Assembly (NCBI GenBank): GCA_963841735.1
Contig: CAWJDT010000001.1
Coordinates: forward strand, 1,632,001-1,696,000
Direction: 5' to 3'
Length of the DNA: 64,000 nt
Source of the DNA: an uncultured Actinomycetes bacterium
GTDB taxonomy: Bacteria > Actinomycetota > Thermoleophilia > RBG-16-64-13
The translations under genes were made by a program, and so were the position numbers. The stretch's first letter is position 1; each line of letters begins with the position of its first letter. The notes under the pieces are model-generated. The model was not told the DNA's origin. It did no database searches and worked only from the letters and a program-made list of their open reading frames with translations. This document shows positions 41,097 to 53,642 of the stretch, piece after piece.

Positions 41097-41555
41097 ATGA
41101 ACCAGCAGGCACCCGGCGGCGGAAACGAGGTCCTCAGCGCCAGCCTTGAGGACTACGTAGAGGCCATCCTTGGTTTGGAGCGGGTCTCCCGCGTGGCTCG
41201 GGTTAGTGAGATCGCCGAGAGGCTGAGCGTTTCGCGTCCCTCGGTGACCGGTGCCTTGAAGATACTGGCGGCCCGCGGACTGGTTTCGCACGCGCGCTAC
41301 GGGCATGTGACCCTGACGGAAGAGGGCGCCCGTGTGGCGGGCGAAGTGGAGCGGCGCCACGTGCTGATTCGGGACTTTCTCACGGGCGTGTTGGGCATAC
41401 CGTTGGACAAGGCCGAGACCACTGCCTGTCGGCTGGAGCACGTGCTGGAAGCGGACGTGCTGGTCCATTTCGCTTCGTATTCGGAGCGGATGGCGGCTGG
41501 GACCGTGCTGGGCGCGGCGGTTGCTGTGGATGACGGTCAAGGTGGTAGGGCGTGA
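41097..41555 (+). CDS. DtxR/MntR family metal-dependent regulator
   Basis: LEDYVEAI, SEIAERLSVSRPSVT, LTEEG, RRH, ACRLEH. Confidence 0.93.
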   Translation: MNQQAPGGGNEVLSASLEDYVEAILGLERVSRVARVSEIAERLSVSRPSVTGALKILAARGLVSHARYGHVTLTEEGARVAGEVERRHVLIRDFLTGVLGIPLDKAETTACRLEHVLEADVLVHFASYSERMAAGTVLGAAVAVDDGQGGRA

Positions 41556-41837
41556 CCACGCTTTCGCAACTTCCTTCATGCTCGCGGGCTGTGGTTGTCG
41601 CCCTGCCTCGTTTCCGAGGCCTGGCTGAGCGGCTGATCTCGATGGGTCTCACCCCGGGGGCAGAGTTGCGCGTTGCTGCAGAACCGGGGCCGGGGGCCAC
41701 TGATCATCGAAGTGCACGGGGTGCGGCTTGCTTTGGGGAGGTTGCAGGCCGCGCGAGTGAGTGTGGTGCACCTTGAGGCGAGCGGCGCGGCATGTGAGGA
41801 GCCGGAGGGCGTGGGCGGGAATCCGGAGAGAACGTAA
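41552..41837 (+). CDS. feoA: Ferrous iron transport protein A (frameshift ~41680)
   Basis: RLISMGLTPG then, in a shifted frame, GPLIIEVHGVRLALGR; TAA overlaps feoB ATG. Confidence 0.82.
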
Positions 41838-43857
41838 TGGAATCGCGAGGTGAGCCGCCCGTATCATTGACTCTTGCACTGGCCGGCCAGCCAAACGTGG
41901 GCAAGAGCACGGTGTTCAACGCGCTCACAGGCATGGATCAGCACGTGGGCAACTGGCCGGGCAAGACGGTGGAGAAGAAGACCGGCCACTTCATGCACGG
42001 GGAACGGCGGATGGAGATCGTCGACCTTCCCGGCACCTACAGCCTGACTTCGGGCTCTGAAGAGGAGCGGATCGCTCGCGACTACCTCCTCAACGACCCT
42101 CCCGACGTGGTCCTGGTGATGGTGAACGCATCGTCCCTGGAGCGCAACCTCTATCTGGTGGCCGAGCTGCTTATGCTGCCCGTTCCTCTGGTGTTGGGCC
42201 TCAACATGGTCGACGTGGCCGAGGCCCACGGAATGCGGGTGGAAGCCAAGGTGCTGGAGGCGGCTCTGGGAGTGCCCGTGGTGGAACTGGTGGCCAGCAA
42301 GCGAAAGGGCCTTCGCCGCCTGGTGAACGCTGCCAGCGAAGTGGTGGAGCGGCCCGAGCTGTTCAAGCCCAATCGCCCAGTGGTGAGGGAGAAGCACCGC
42401 CCGGTGTTGGCCTCGATCGAGGCCCTTTTGGCTGGGAATTCGCCGGTGGGATATCCCCCGGACTGGGTGGCGTTGAAGCTGCTGGAGGGCGATTCTGGAG
42501 TGGCCGCCCTGGTCAAGCGGGATGCTCCCCGAGGTGTGGGAGCCCATCCACAGCATCCTGGCCGATCATGATGACGCGTACGTGGACATAGCCGGGGGGC
42601 GTTACGACTGGATAGCGAGGATGGTGCGCGCGGCCGTAGTACGGCCGCGCGCCGGGGTCACCGCCATCACCGACCGGATCGACCGAGTGGCCACTCACCC
42701 CTTCTGGGGGCTGCTGGTACTGATCGCCGCGCTGGCGCTGCTGTTCTGGGTCACCTACGCAGTAGCCGGCCCCGCCTCGCGGGCTCTGGGGGGGCTGATA
42801 TCGGGGGGCTCTCCGATCTGCTGCGCGACGCGCTGGCCTGGGCTCCTCACTGGGTGTCGGGCCTGTTGGTGGACGGGGTGGTGGCCGGGGCGGGCACGGT
42901 GCTCTCGTTCATCCCCATCCTGGTGATCTTCTTCGCCGCGCTGGGCGTGCTTGAGGACGTAGGCTACATGGCCCGCACGGCCTACGTCATGGACCGCTAC
43001 ATGCACTGGATGGGTCTGCACGGCAAGTCGTGCATGCCCCTGCTGTTGGGATTTGGGTGCAACGTCCCCGCGGTGCTCGGAACGCGCATCATCGAGGACC
43101 GCAAGGCGCGGATGCTCACCATGCTGCTGACGCCCTTCGTCCCCTGCACCGGCCGGCTGGCAGTGCTGGCCTTTCTGGCTCCGGCCTTCTTTGGGGCGGC
43201 AGCGCCCTGGGCCGTGGTCGCCCTGGTGGGGGGCAATCTGGTGTTGCTGGGTCTGGTGGGGGTGGGGGTCAACCGGCTGGCCTTCAAAGGCGAGCGCAGC
43301 GCCTTCATCATGGAGATGCCGCTGTACCACGTGCCCAACGCCCGCACCATCGGTTTATACGTGTGGCGGAACACGCTGTCCTTCATCAAGAAGGCCGGTA
43401 CGCTAATCGTGATCGTGTCGGCGGTGATCTGGGTGCTGTCCAGCTATCCGGGGTCCGATCCTAGTGGGAGCGTCTTGGGTTCGGCAGGCCGTTTCCTGGA
43501 ACCGGTGGGGGCGCCTCATGGGTCTGGGCGACTGGCGCCTGATCGTTGCCCTTATCTGCCAGCTTCGTGGCCAAGGAGAACAGCGTGGCCGCCCTCGGTA
43601 TCCTGTTCGGCACAGGGGCCGTCGGGGTGACGGCCGGCGGCGCGGGTCTGGCAGCCAAGGTGGCGGCCGTACTCACCCCGGCGGGCGCGGCGGCCTTCTT
43701 GGTAGTCCAGATGACCTTTATCCCCTGCGTCGCCACCATGGCGGCCATCCGGCAGGAGTCGCGCTCGTGGCGATTCGTGGGCGCTTCTTTGGGTCTCATG
43801 CTGGTGGTGTCGTTCGTGCTCGGGCTGCTGGTGTACCAGGTGGGGTCGCTGCTGTAG
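41837..43857 (+). CDS. feoB: Ferrous iron transport protein B (several frameshifts)
   Basis: GQPNVGKS, VGNWPGKT, DLPGTY, NMVD; LEDVGYMAR, GFGCNVP, FIMEMP, AKE, IPCVAT. Confidence 0.93.
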
Positions 43858-43999
43858 GTATGGCTTGTCTGGGCACGCGGTCTCGCGGTGCAGCCGGCAG
43901 GCCAGGCGCGCGACAGTCCACGACAGGGAAGCGGCCAGATTTTGTATACTCCTTGGTATTCAATGATCCAGGCCGGGACCAGGCCTAGGGAGGCTCCAA

Positions 44000-44872
44000 A
44001 TGCAGATCTACATCGACGGCAGTTTCTACAGCGAAGAGGACGCGAAGATCAGCGTCTTCGACCATGGTCTTCTGTACGGCGACGGTGTGTTCGAGGGCAT
44101 CCGTGTTTACGGAGGCCGGGTATTCGAGCTCGACGCCCACATCAACCGGCTGTACGCCTCGGCGCAGACCATAGCGCTGGATATCCCTTTGTCGCCGGCT
44201 GAGATGACGGAAGCCCTGTTGGAGACTCTGCGGCGGAACGCGGACGCGGCATACGTGCGTTTGGTGGTCACGCGGGGCAAGGGTGACCTGGGGCTCAACC
44301 CCTGCAAGTGTCCCAAGGCCACGGTGTTCTGCATAGCAGCGGGAATCACTCTCTATCCGCGCGAGGTCTACGAGCAGGGCTTCAAGATCAAGACGCTGGC
44401 CACCCGGCGCAACGACCCGCAGGCCATCAACCCGGCTGTGAAGAGCCTCAACTATCTCAACAACGTGTTGGGCTCGCTCGAGCTGCGCGGCAGCGACGTC
44501 AACGAGGGCCTCTTTTTGACCACCACGGGCTATGTCTGTGAATGCACGGCCGACAACTTCTTCCTGGTTAGGGGGCACAAGCTGCTGACCCCCAGCACCG
44601 CTCTGGGAGCCCTCGCTGGTGTTACCCGCGCCGTGGTGATGAGGCTGGCCGCGAGCATGGGAATGGAGGTGGAAGAAGGCTTCTACACTCTGCATGACGT
44701 CTACAACGCCGACGAAGCCTTTCTCACCGGTACGGCGGCCGAGGTGGGCCCGGTGGTGGAGGTCGACCGGCGCAAGATCGGAGCGGGCGTGCCTGGGCCG
44801 GTGACCAAAGACATCATCGCCCGCTTCCATGAGTACGCCAACAGCACGGGTACCCCGGTGGGCGCGCGGTGA
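44000..44872 (+). CDS. ilvE: Branched-chain amino acid aminotransferase
   Basis: DHGLLYGDGVFEGIR, KSLNY, GVTR, FLTGTAAE. Confidence 0.94.
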   Translation: MQIYIDGSFYSEEDAKISVFDHGLLYGDGVFEGIRVYGGRVFELDAHINRLYASAQTIALDIPLSPAEMTEALLETLRRNADAAYVRLVVTRGKGDLGLNPCKCPKATVFCIAAGITLYPREVYEQGFKIKTLATRRNDPQAINPAVKSLNYLNNVLGSLELRGSDVNEGLFLTTTGYVCECTADNFFLVRGHKLLTPSTALGALAGVTRAVVMRLAASMGMEVEEGFYTLHDVYNADEAFLTGTAAEVGPVVEVDRRKIGAGVPGPVTKDIIARFHEYANSTGTPVGAR

Positions 44873-46479
44873 CACGCGTGCGCCCAGTCGTCCTCTACGA
44901 CACCACGCTGCGTGACGGCATGCAGCGCGAGGGCATGAGCGTCTCGGTGGACGAGAAGGTGCGTATCGCCGTGCGGGTGGCCGATCTGGGGGTGCACATC
45001 ATCGAGGGCGGCTTTCCCGGTTCCAACCCCAAGGACGAGGCCTTCTTCCGCAAGTTGGAGAGGGAGGCGTTGGGCGATGCGGTGGTGGCGGCCTTCGGCA
45101 TGACTCGGGGCGCGGGCGTCGCGGCCGAGGCCGATGCGCAACTGCGCGCCCTGGCCGGCTGCTGGGCTCCGGTAGCGGCTTTGGTGGGTAAGACCTGGGA
45201 CCTGCACCTGCAGAAGGTGCTGCGGGTCGACCGCGAAGAGAACCTGCGCATGATCGCCGATTCGGTGGCGTTCTTACGCGCCCAAGACAAGCGCGTGTAC
45301 TACGACGCCGAGCACTTCTTCGACGCTTGGGCCGCCCACCCCGACTATGCGCTCGCCTGTCTGCGAACGGCCGCCGATGCGGGCGCCGAGGCTGTGTGCC
45401 TGTGCGACACAAACGGCGCGGCTCTGCCGGTGCTTGTGGCCGAGGCTGTCGCCGCCGCGGTGGCTGCCGTGGATGGAGGCTGCCGTGTAGGCATCCACGC
45501 TCATAACGACGCCGGCTGCGCGGTGGCCAACTCGGTGGTGGCAGTGGAGAGCGGCGCCGACGTGGTGCAGGGCACCATCAACGGTTACGGCGAGCGCTGC
45601 GGCAATGCCGACCTTTGTTCCATCATCCCCAACCTGGTGCTCAAGATGGGGGTCGATTGTGTGGCGCCGTCCGATCTGGCCAAGCTCACCGACACCGCCC
45701 GTTTCGTGGCCGAACTGTGCAACGTCTCGCCCGACGCGCATCAGCCCTACGTGGGGCACAACGCCTTCGCCCACAAGGGGGGCATGCACGTATCGGCGGT
45801 TGAGCGGGATTCCCGCACTTTCGAGCATGTCGACCCGGCGTTGGTGGGCAACACCCCGCATGTCTTGGTGTCGGAGCTGTCGGGCAGGGCTACCGTGACT
45901 CAATTGGCCCGGGAGTTGGGCTACCCCTTGGACGAAGAGAAGGAACTGGCCGACCGCGTGCTCAAGCGGATCAAGGAGCGGGAACACGAGGGTTACCACT
46001 ACGAAGCGGCCGACGCCTCGTTCGAGTTGTTGCTGCGGGCGGAGTTGGGCCTCAAGGTGGAGTTGTTCCATCTGGAAGCGTTCCGCATCATCGTGGAGAA
46101 GCGCGAAGATGGCGAGATCGTCAGCGAAGCCACCATCAAGGTGCACGTGGGCGACGAGCGTTTCGTCGAGACGGCCGAGGGCAACGGTCCGGTGAACGCG
46201 TTGGACAAGGCTCTGCGCCGTTCCATAGAGCGCCGCTTTCCGGAAGTGCACGACATCCACCTCATCAACTACAGCGTCCGCATCCTGGACGAGGACAAGG
46301 GCACCGCGGCCAAGACCAGGGTGCTCATCGACTCGTCCGACGGACGCGACAACTGGGGGAGTGTCGGGGTGGGAGTGAATGTGGTGGAGGCCTCCTGGTT
46401 GGCCTTGGTGGACTCCATCTCATACGGACTGTTGCGTAGAGAGTCAAGAGCGGCGACGAGAGCGGTGGAGGATAAATGA
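44869..46479 (+). CDS. cimA: Citramalate synthase
   Basis: YDTTLRDG, EGGFPGSNPKD, GKTWD, YDAEHFFD, HAHND, GERCGN, AHKGGMH, GNGPVNALD. Confidence 0.9.
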   Translation: MTRVRPVVLYDTTLRDGMQREGMSVSVDEKVRIAVRVADLGVHIIEGGFPGSNPKDEAFFRKLEREALGDAVVAAFGMTRGAGVAAEADAQLRALAGCWAPVAALVGKTWDLHLQKVLRVDREENLRMIADSVAFLRAQDKRVYYDAEHFFDAWAAHPDYALACLRTAADAGAEAVCLCDTNGAALPVLVAEAVAAAVAAVDGGCRVGIHAHNDAGCAVANSVVAVESGADVVQGTINGYGERCGNADLCSIIPNLVLKMGVDCVAPSDLAKLTDTARFVAELCNVSPDAHQPYVGHNAFAHKGGMHVSAVERDSRTFEHVDPALVGNTPHVLVSELSGRATVTQLARELGYPLDEEKELADRVLKRIKEREHEGYHYEAADASFELLLRAELGLKVELFHLEAFRIIVEKREDGEIVSEATIKVHVGDERFVETAEGNGPVNALDKALRRSIERRFPEVHDIHLINYSVRILDEDKGTAAKTRVLIDSSDGRDNWGSVGVGVNVVEASWLALVDSISYGLLRRESRAATRAVEDK

Positions 46480-47258
46480 AGCTGGCGCGCATCGAATATC
46501 GCGGCGTGGTGTGTGAGGCCACCGTCACCTGCAACGGCTACCTTATCGATTCCCCGCTGGACATGGCAGGCACCGAAGTGGGCGAAGACGAGGTCAGACT
46601 GTTGCCCCCGGTGGCTCCGGGCAAGATCCTGGGAGTGGGGTTCAACTTCCGCGAGCACATCATGGAGATGGTGGCCCGCGCGGGGCGCGAGCCCGTGGTC
46701 AAGCCCGCCGACGAGCAGCCGCGGCCGCTGCTGTTCCTCAAGCCGCCGTCGACCTTGATCGGTCACAGAGACACCATCCTGTATCCCTTCGACGCCACCA
46801 GAGTGGAGTACGAAGGCGAGTTGGCGGTGGCCATCTCCCGCGACATCCGCCGGGTGACGCCGGAAGAAGCGGCGGGCGCTGTGCTGGGTTGGACCTGCGC
46901 CAACGACGTCACCGAGCGCGCTCAGCAGGCGGAGGACAGGCAGTGGTGGCGGGCTAAGGGCTACGACACCTTCGCGGTGGCCGGGCCCTATCTGGAGACT
47001 GAGGCTCCGAAGCAGGAGGCTTGGCTTCGCACCAAGGTGAACGGCCAGGTGAAGCAGGAGGCCCAGATCCTGGACATGATCCGCGACCCCTACACCATCA
47101 TCTCCATAGCCAGCCAGGCCATGACCCTCAACCGGGGCGACCTCATCATGCTGGGGACTCCGTCGGGAGTGGGTGAGCTCAAGCCCGGCGACGAGGTGGA
47201 GGTGGAGATCGACGGCGTGGGCTTTCTCAGGAACCCGGTGGAGATGGAGCCGCAATGA
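46476..47258 (+). CDS. Fumarylacetoacetate hydrolase family protein
   Basis: FLKPP, EYEGELAV, NDVTER, RAKGYDT, GTPSGV. Confidence 0.92.
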   Translation: MKLARIEYRGVVCEATVTCNGYLIDSPLDMAGTEVGEDEVRLLPPVAPGKILGVGFNFREHIMEMVARAGREPVVKPADEQPRPLLFLKPPSTLIGHRDTILYPFDATRVEYEGELAVAISRDIRRVTPEEAAGAVLGWTCANDVTERAQQAEDRQWWRAKGYDTFAVAGPYLETEAPKQEAWLRTKVNGQVKQEAQILDMIRDPYTIISIASQAMTLNRGDLIMLGTPSGVGELKPGDEVEVEIDGVGFLRNPVEMEPQ

Positions 47259-47905
47259 GCGAGGAGAGGGAGGCTACGGCCGCGCCGGTCGTGGACGCCG
47301 AGGCTACGGTAGACGCCGCGGCCGTCGCCGGAGCCAGAAGCCTTCCGACCGCCGGCGATCCCCGCTTGGAGTCGCTATCGGCGCTGGAAGTGGCGGTGGC
47401 GCTTGATATGCAGCCTCATAGGGAGGGCGGCTACTTCCGCGAGACCTATCGCTCACATCTCACCATCGAGACGGAGGTGGGCAGCAGGCCTCTGATGACC
47501 ACCATCCTCTATCTGCTCACCGCGATCGAGCCCAGCCGGTTCCACCGCATAAGTTTCGACGAGCTGTGGCTGTACCACGCCGGTGCTCCGGCCGAGCTGG
47601 TGGTGCTGGGGGGGGGCGCCCCGGAGTATCACGCCGTTTGTTTGAACTCTCCCCAGGTGACCATCCCGGCGAACCGCTGGATGGGTGGCCGGGTGATGCC
47701 CGAGAGCGAGGCCGACTGGGGCGGCGGAAGAGCCCCCGAGCGTCGCTGGACCCCCGACCGCCGCGCCACCCGCGAGCTGCGCTGGACTTTGGTGAGCTGT
47801 CTGGTGGCGCCGGGCTTTGAATACGAAGACTTCGAGCTGGGGGAGCGCGAAGCGCTGCTCAACGAGTTTCCGCGGGCGAAGAACGCGATCTTGGCCCTCA
47901 CCTAG
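47255..47905 (+). CDS. Cupin_5 (DUF985) family protein
   Basis: PHREGGYFRETY, TTILYLL, SRFHR, DELW.YHAG, LVSCLVAPGFEYEDF. Confidence 0.9.
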   Translation: MSEEREATAAPVVDAEATVDAAAVAGARSLPTAGDPRLESLSALEVAVALDMQPHREGGYFRETYRSHLTIETEVGSRPLMTTILYLLTAIEPSRFHRISFDELWLYHAGAPAELVVLGGGAPEYHAVCLNSPQVTIPANRWMGGRVMPESEADWGGGRAPERRWTPDRRATRELRWTLVSCLVAPGFEYEDFELGEREALLNEFPRAKNAILALT

Positions 47906-48002
47906 GGCCCCGGCGACCAGAGGGCTCACCGCTTCGAAAACGCTCTTTGCACGGGGTACCGTGTCGCGATACTCCGCGGCGAGCCCTCTGGCCGCCGGGG
48001 CC
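47906..48002. repeat. 27-bp inverted repeat with 43-nt spacer
   Basis: ggccccggcgaccagagggctcaccgc (47906-47932) / gcggcgagccctctggccgccggggcc (47976-48002); 2 mismatches. Confidence 0.9.
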
Positions 48003-48116
48003 GACGCGGGGTCTTGCTCGCGTTCTTCGCCGCTCATGGAGCTGTGTGGGCCTATATAGGAGGGGCGATCAAGAGTCGACGCCGGCGATCTATCCCTGCG
48101 CCATCCGTGCTAGGAA

Positions 48117-48398
48117 TTATGAGCGCAGGACCGCTTCTGCAAGCGTTGCATCCAGCGGCATGAGCATGGAGGCGGGTAGAAGCCGAACGCGGTCCAACAC
48201 TCGGTCTATCGTGCCCCTTTCATGTCCACGGCGGCCCAGAGCGCCCGCGAGTGCCAACATGATGAGCGTGGGCAGGACCGGCGGCACCCCTTTCCCGCCG
48301 AGAAGCAGCAGAGCCTCATCGCATTCCTCGTGGCCGGACTCCTCTGGGGCCGCGGATCCTATGAGAACGCTGACATCGAGCGTCACCGGACCAAGCAT
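48117..48398 (-). pseudogene. Truncated PIN-domain (VapC-like) toxin
   Basis: MLGPVTLDVSVL...E..H...PTL...LAGALGRR...PLD; stops at 93 aa before the C-terminal catalytic Asp residues. Confidence 0.7.
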
Positions 48399-48399
48399 G

Positions 48400-48609
48400 T
48401 CAATATCGCCCCAACCAGCGCATGGTCTCCTCGGTCGACTCCGTAGACGGAGCTGTGCGTCCTGCTTCATGAAGCAGGGCCACCAACTACTTCCACGCGG
48501 TGGCGGGGTCCTCTGGGCCGGTTGCGGCAGCGCGCGAGCAGGGAACGAGCAGCGCCATCGGCTCGCCTCGGTTGGTGATCGTGTAGCGCGCTATCGGTCG
48601 CCCGTCCAT
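48400..48609 (-). pseudogene. Decayed Phd/YefM antitoxin
   Basis: YTITNRGEPMALLVP core; in-frame TAG at 48487-48489; frame continues to TGA 1 nt before the PIN ATG; N-terminus missing. Confidence 0.7.
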
Positions 48610-48850
48610 CCGCCCAAGACTGTAGGATGAAGGGCGGTACAAGTGGCGTCTCGGATTCGAGGTGGGGTAGCGGATGAGTGGGCTAGAGTCTGTTCCGTCT
48701 GACGCGTTGGCGCCCAAGTGCGGACGGTCGGCCGGCAGCGGCGCCGGCCAACCCGCCTCCTCACGTCTCCGACTGGGGCGGCGTGAGCAGGGCTGAGCTG
48801 ACAAGGCAGGAGGGTCGGGAGTGACTAGTGACGACATCAGTGCTAGGCGC

Positions 48851-49603
48851 ATGAGCCCTGACAGGGTCGAACTTGAATGGGTCTACCAACCGGGCGACTT
48901 CTTCGAGGGCGCCTACGAGCGCAGCAGCCCGGACTTTCAAGTGTCGGTGAAAGACGGTCGTGCTGTCGCTGTGTTGACCACTCCTGATGAGCCGGTCGCT
49001 CCCGCATTGCAGCAACAGATCGGCGACTGCATGGCGGGCATCTTCTTGGTCCGCCAGATGCAGACGCATCGGGAGAGCCACTTGGGTCTGCCGGCGATAC
49101 ATGTTCACCGCGGCAGCAGAATCACCACCAGCAAGAGTTTTGCGATTGACGGGATTGTTGCCGAGGTGATCCCGGCGGATGCCATCACGACTGATGCCGA
49201 CGGCAACATGCACGACGCTCGGGCTGAGCGCATCGCCCAAGACTCTGCGACGCTCGATTTGTTTGCCACGAAGTTCTCGCGGGGTTCGGTTCTGCGCAGA
49301 ATGTTAGAAAGCTATTCCCGTGCAGTCGCGTACCCGGCCGACGAGTGGATCTACTTGTACGAGATCCGCGACGCCCTGGCGACCCACTACACCAGCCACA
49401 GAAAGGCTCGTGCCGCGCTGGGCATAACCCTGGCTGAATGGGATCGAGTAGGCGTTCTCACGAACGTCGAGCCGATTCTCCAGGGGCGCCATCATGGACA
49501 CCAAGGAAATCTGCGGCCGGCCACGCAAGAAGAACTGGCCGAAGTACGCGGGGCTGTTCGCCGCTGGATTGAGACCTTCGCAGAGGAAGTGCGACCGGAC
49601 TGA
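48851..49603 (+). CDS. Hypothetical protein with a possibly HEPN-like C-terminal helical domain
   Basis: Intact 250-aa ORF; LYEIRDAL...LGIT..EW...G.L.N.EP..QGRH motif. Confidence 0.75.
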   Translation: MSPDRVELEWVYQPGDFFEGAYERSSPDFQVSVKDGRAVAVLTTPDEPVAPALQQQIGDCMAGIFLVRQMQTHRESHLGLPAIHVHRGSRITTSKSFAIDGIVAEVIPADAITTDADGNMHDARAERIAQDSATLDLFATKFSRGSVLRRMLESYSRAVAYPADEWIYLYEIRDALATHYTSHRKARAALGITLAEWDRVGVLTNVEPILQGRHHGHQGNLRPATQEELAEVRGAVRRWIETFAEEVRPD

Positions 49604-49797
49604 GACAGGGTGCGAGACGGCCGCGCTGGAGAGTCACCGAACTCTAGCCGGCGCCACCTTCGGCGCGTACGCCCTAGGAGCGAAGCGACGCGAGGGTAAG
49701 GCGTTTGAATTGATCATAGGGGGGAGGGTCGAGCGAAAGCGAAGACCAGAAGTAAAGACCAGAATGGTAGTCCGACGGGAACCAAAGACATGTGGGC

Positions 49798-49887
49798 GGA
49801 TTAGCGTGGGGTTCCGTCCCCGAGCATTGGGCCCCCGGTACTCCGGGCAGAGGCATTGAGCGAGGGGGCGGAGCCCCACGCTAATCC
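49798..49887. repeat. 24-bp inverted repeat with 42-nt spacer (REP doublet-like)
   Basis: ggattagcgtggggttccgtcccc (49798-49821) / gggggcggagccccacgctaatcc (49864-49887); only two T.G wobbles. Confidence 0.9.
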
Positions 49888-49929
49888 CGCTAGCAGCGGA
49901 AATCGTTCGCCCACAGCCAATCACGCCGC

Positions 49930-49958
49930 TTGAGGCCCCCCGCCCCTTCGAGTAGAAT
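49930..49958 (+). promoter_or_regulatory. Sigma-70-type promoter for dnaE
   Basis: TTGAGG-N17-TAGAAT. Confidence 0.6.
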
Positions 49959-50018
49959 CAAACCTTAGTAGGAACCCTCAATAGGGCATAAAGTAGGGCA
50001 TCTTTTCCGACGCCTTCG

Positions 50019-53639
<3,621 letters not shown>

Positions 53640-53642
53640 CCT

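Noticed and set aside
47453-48037. 194-aa minus-strand ORF
   Set aside because: Runs through the inverted repeat and antisense to the cupin gene; no recognisable motifs.
48487-48489. TAG read-through (pyrrolysine or recoding) in the antitoxin
   Set aside because: TAG is used as a normal stop across the window and the gene is otherwise truncated.
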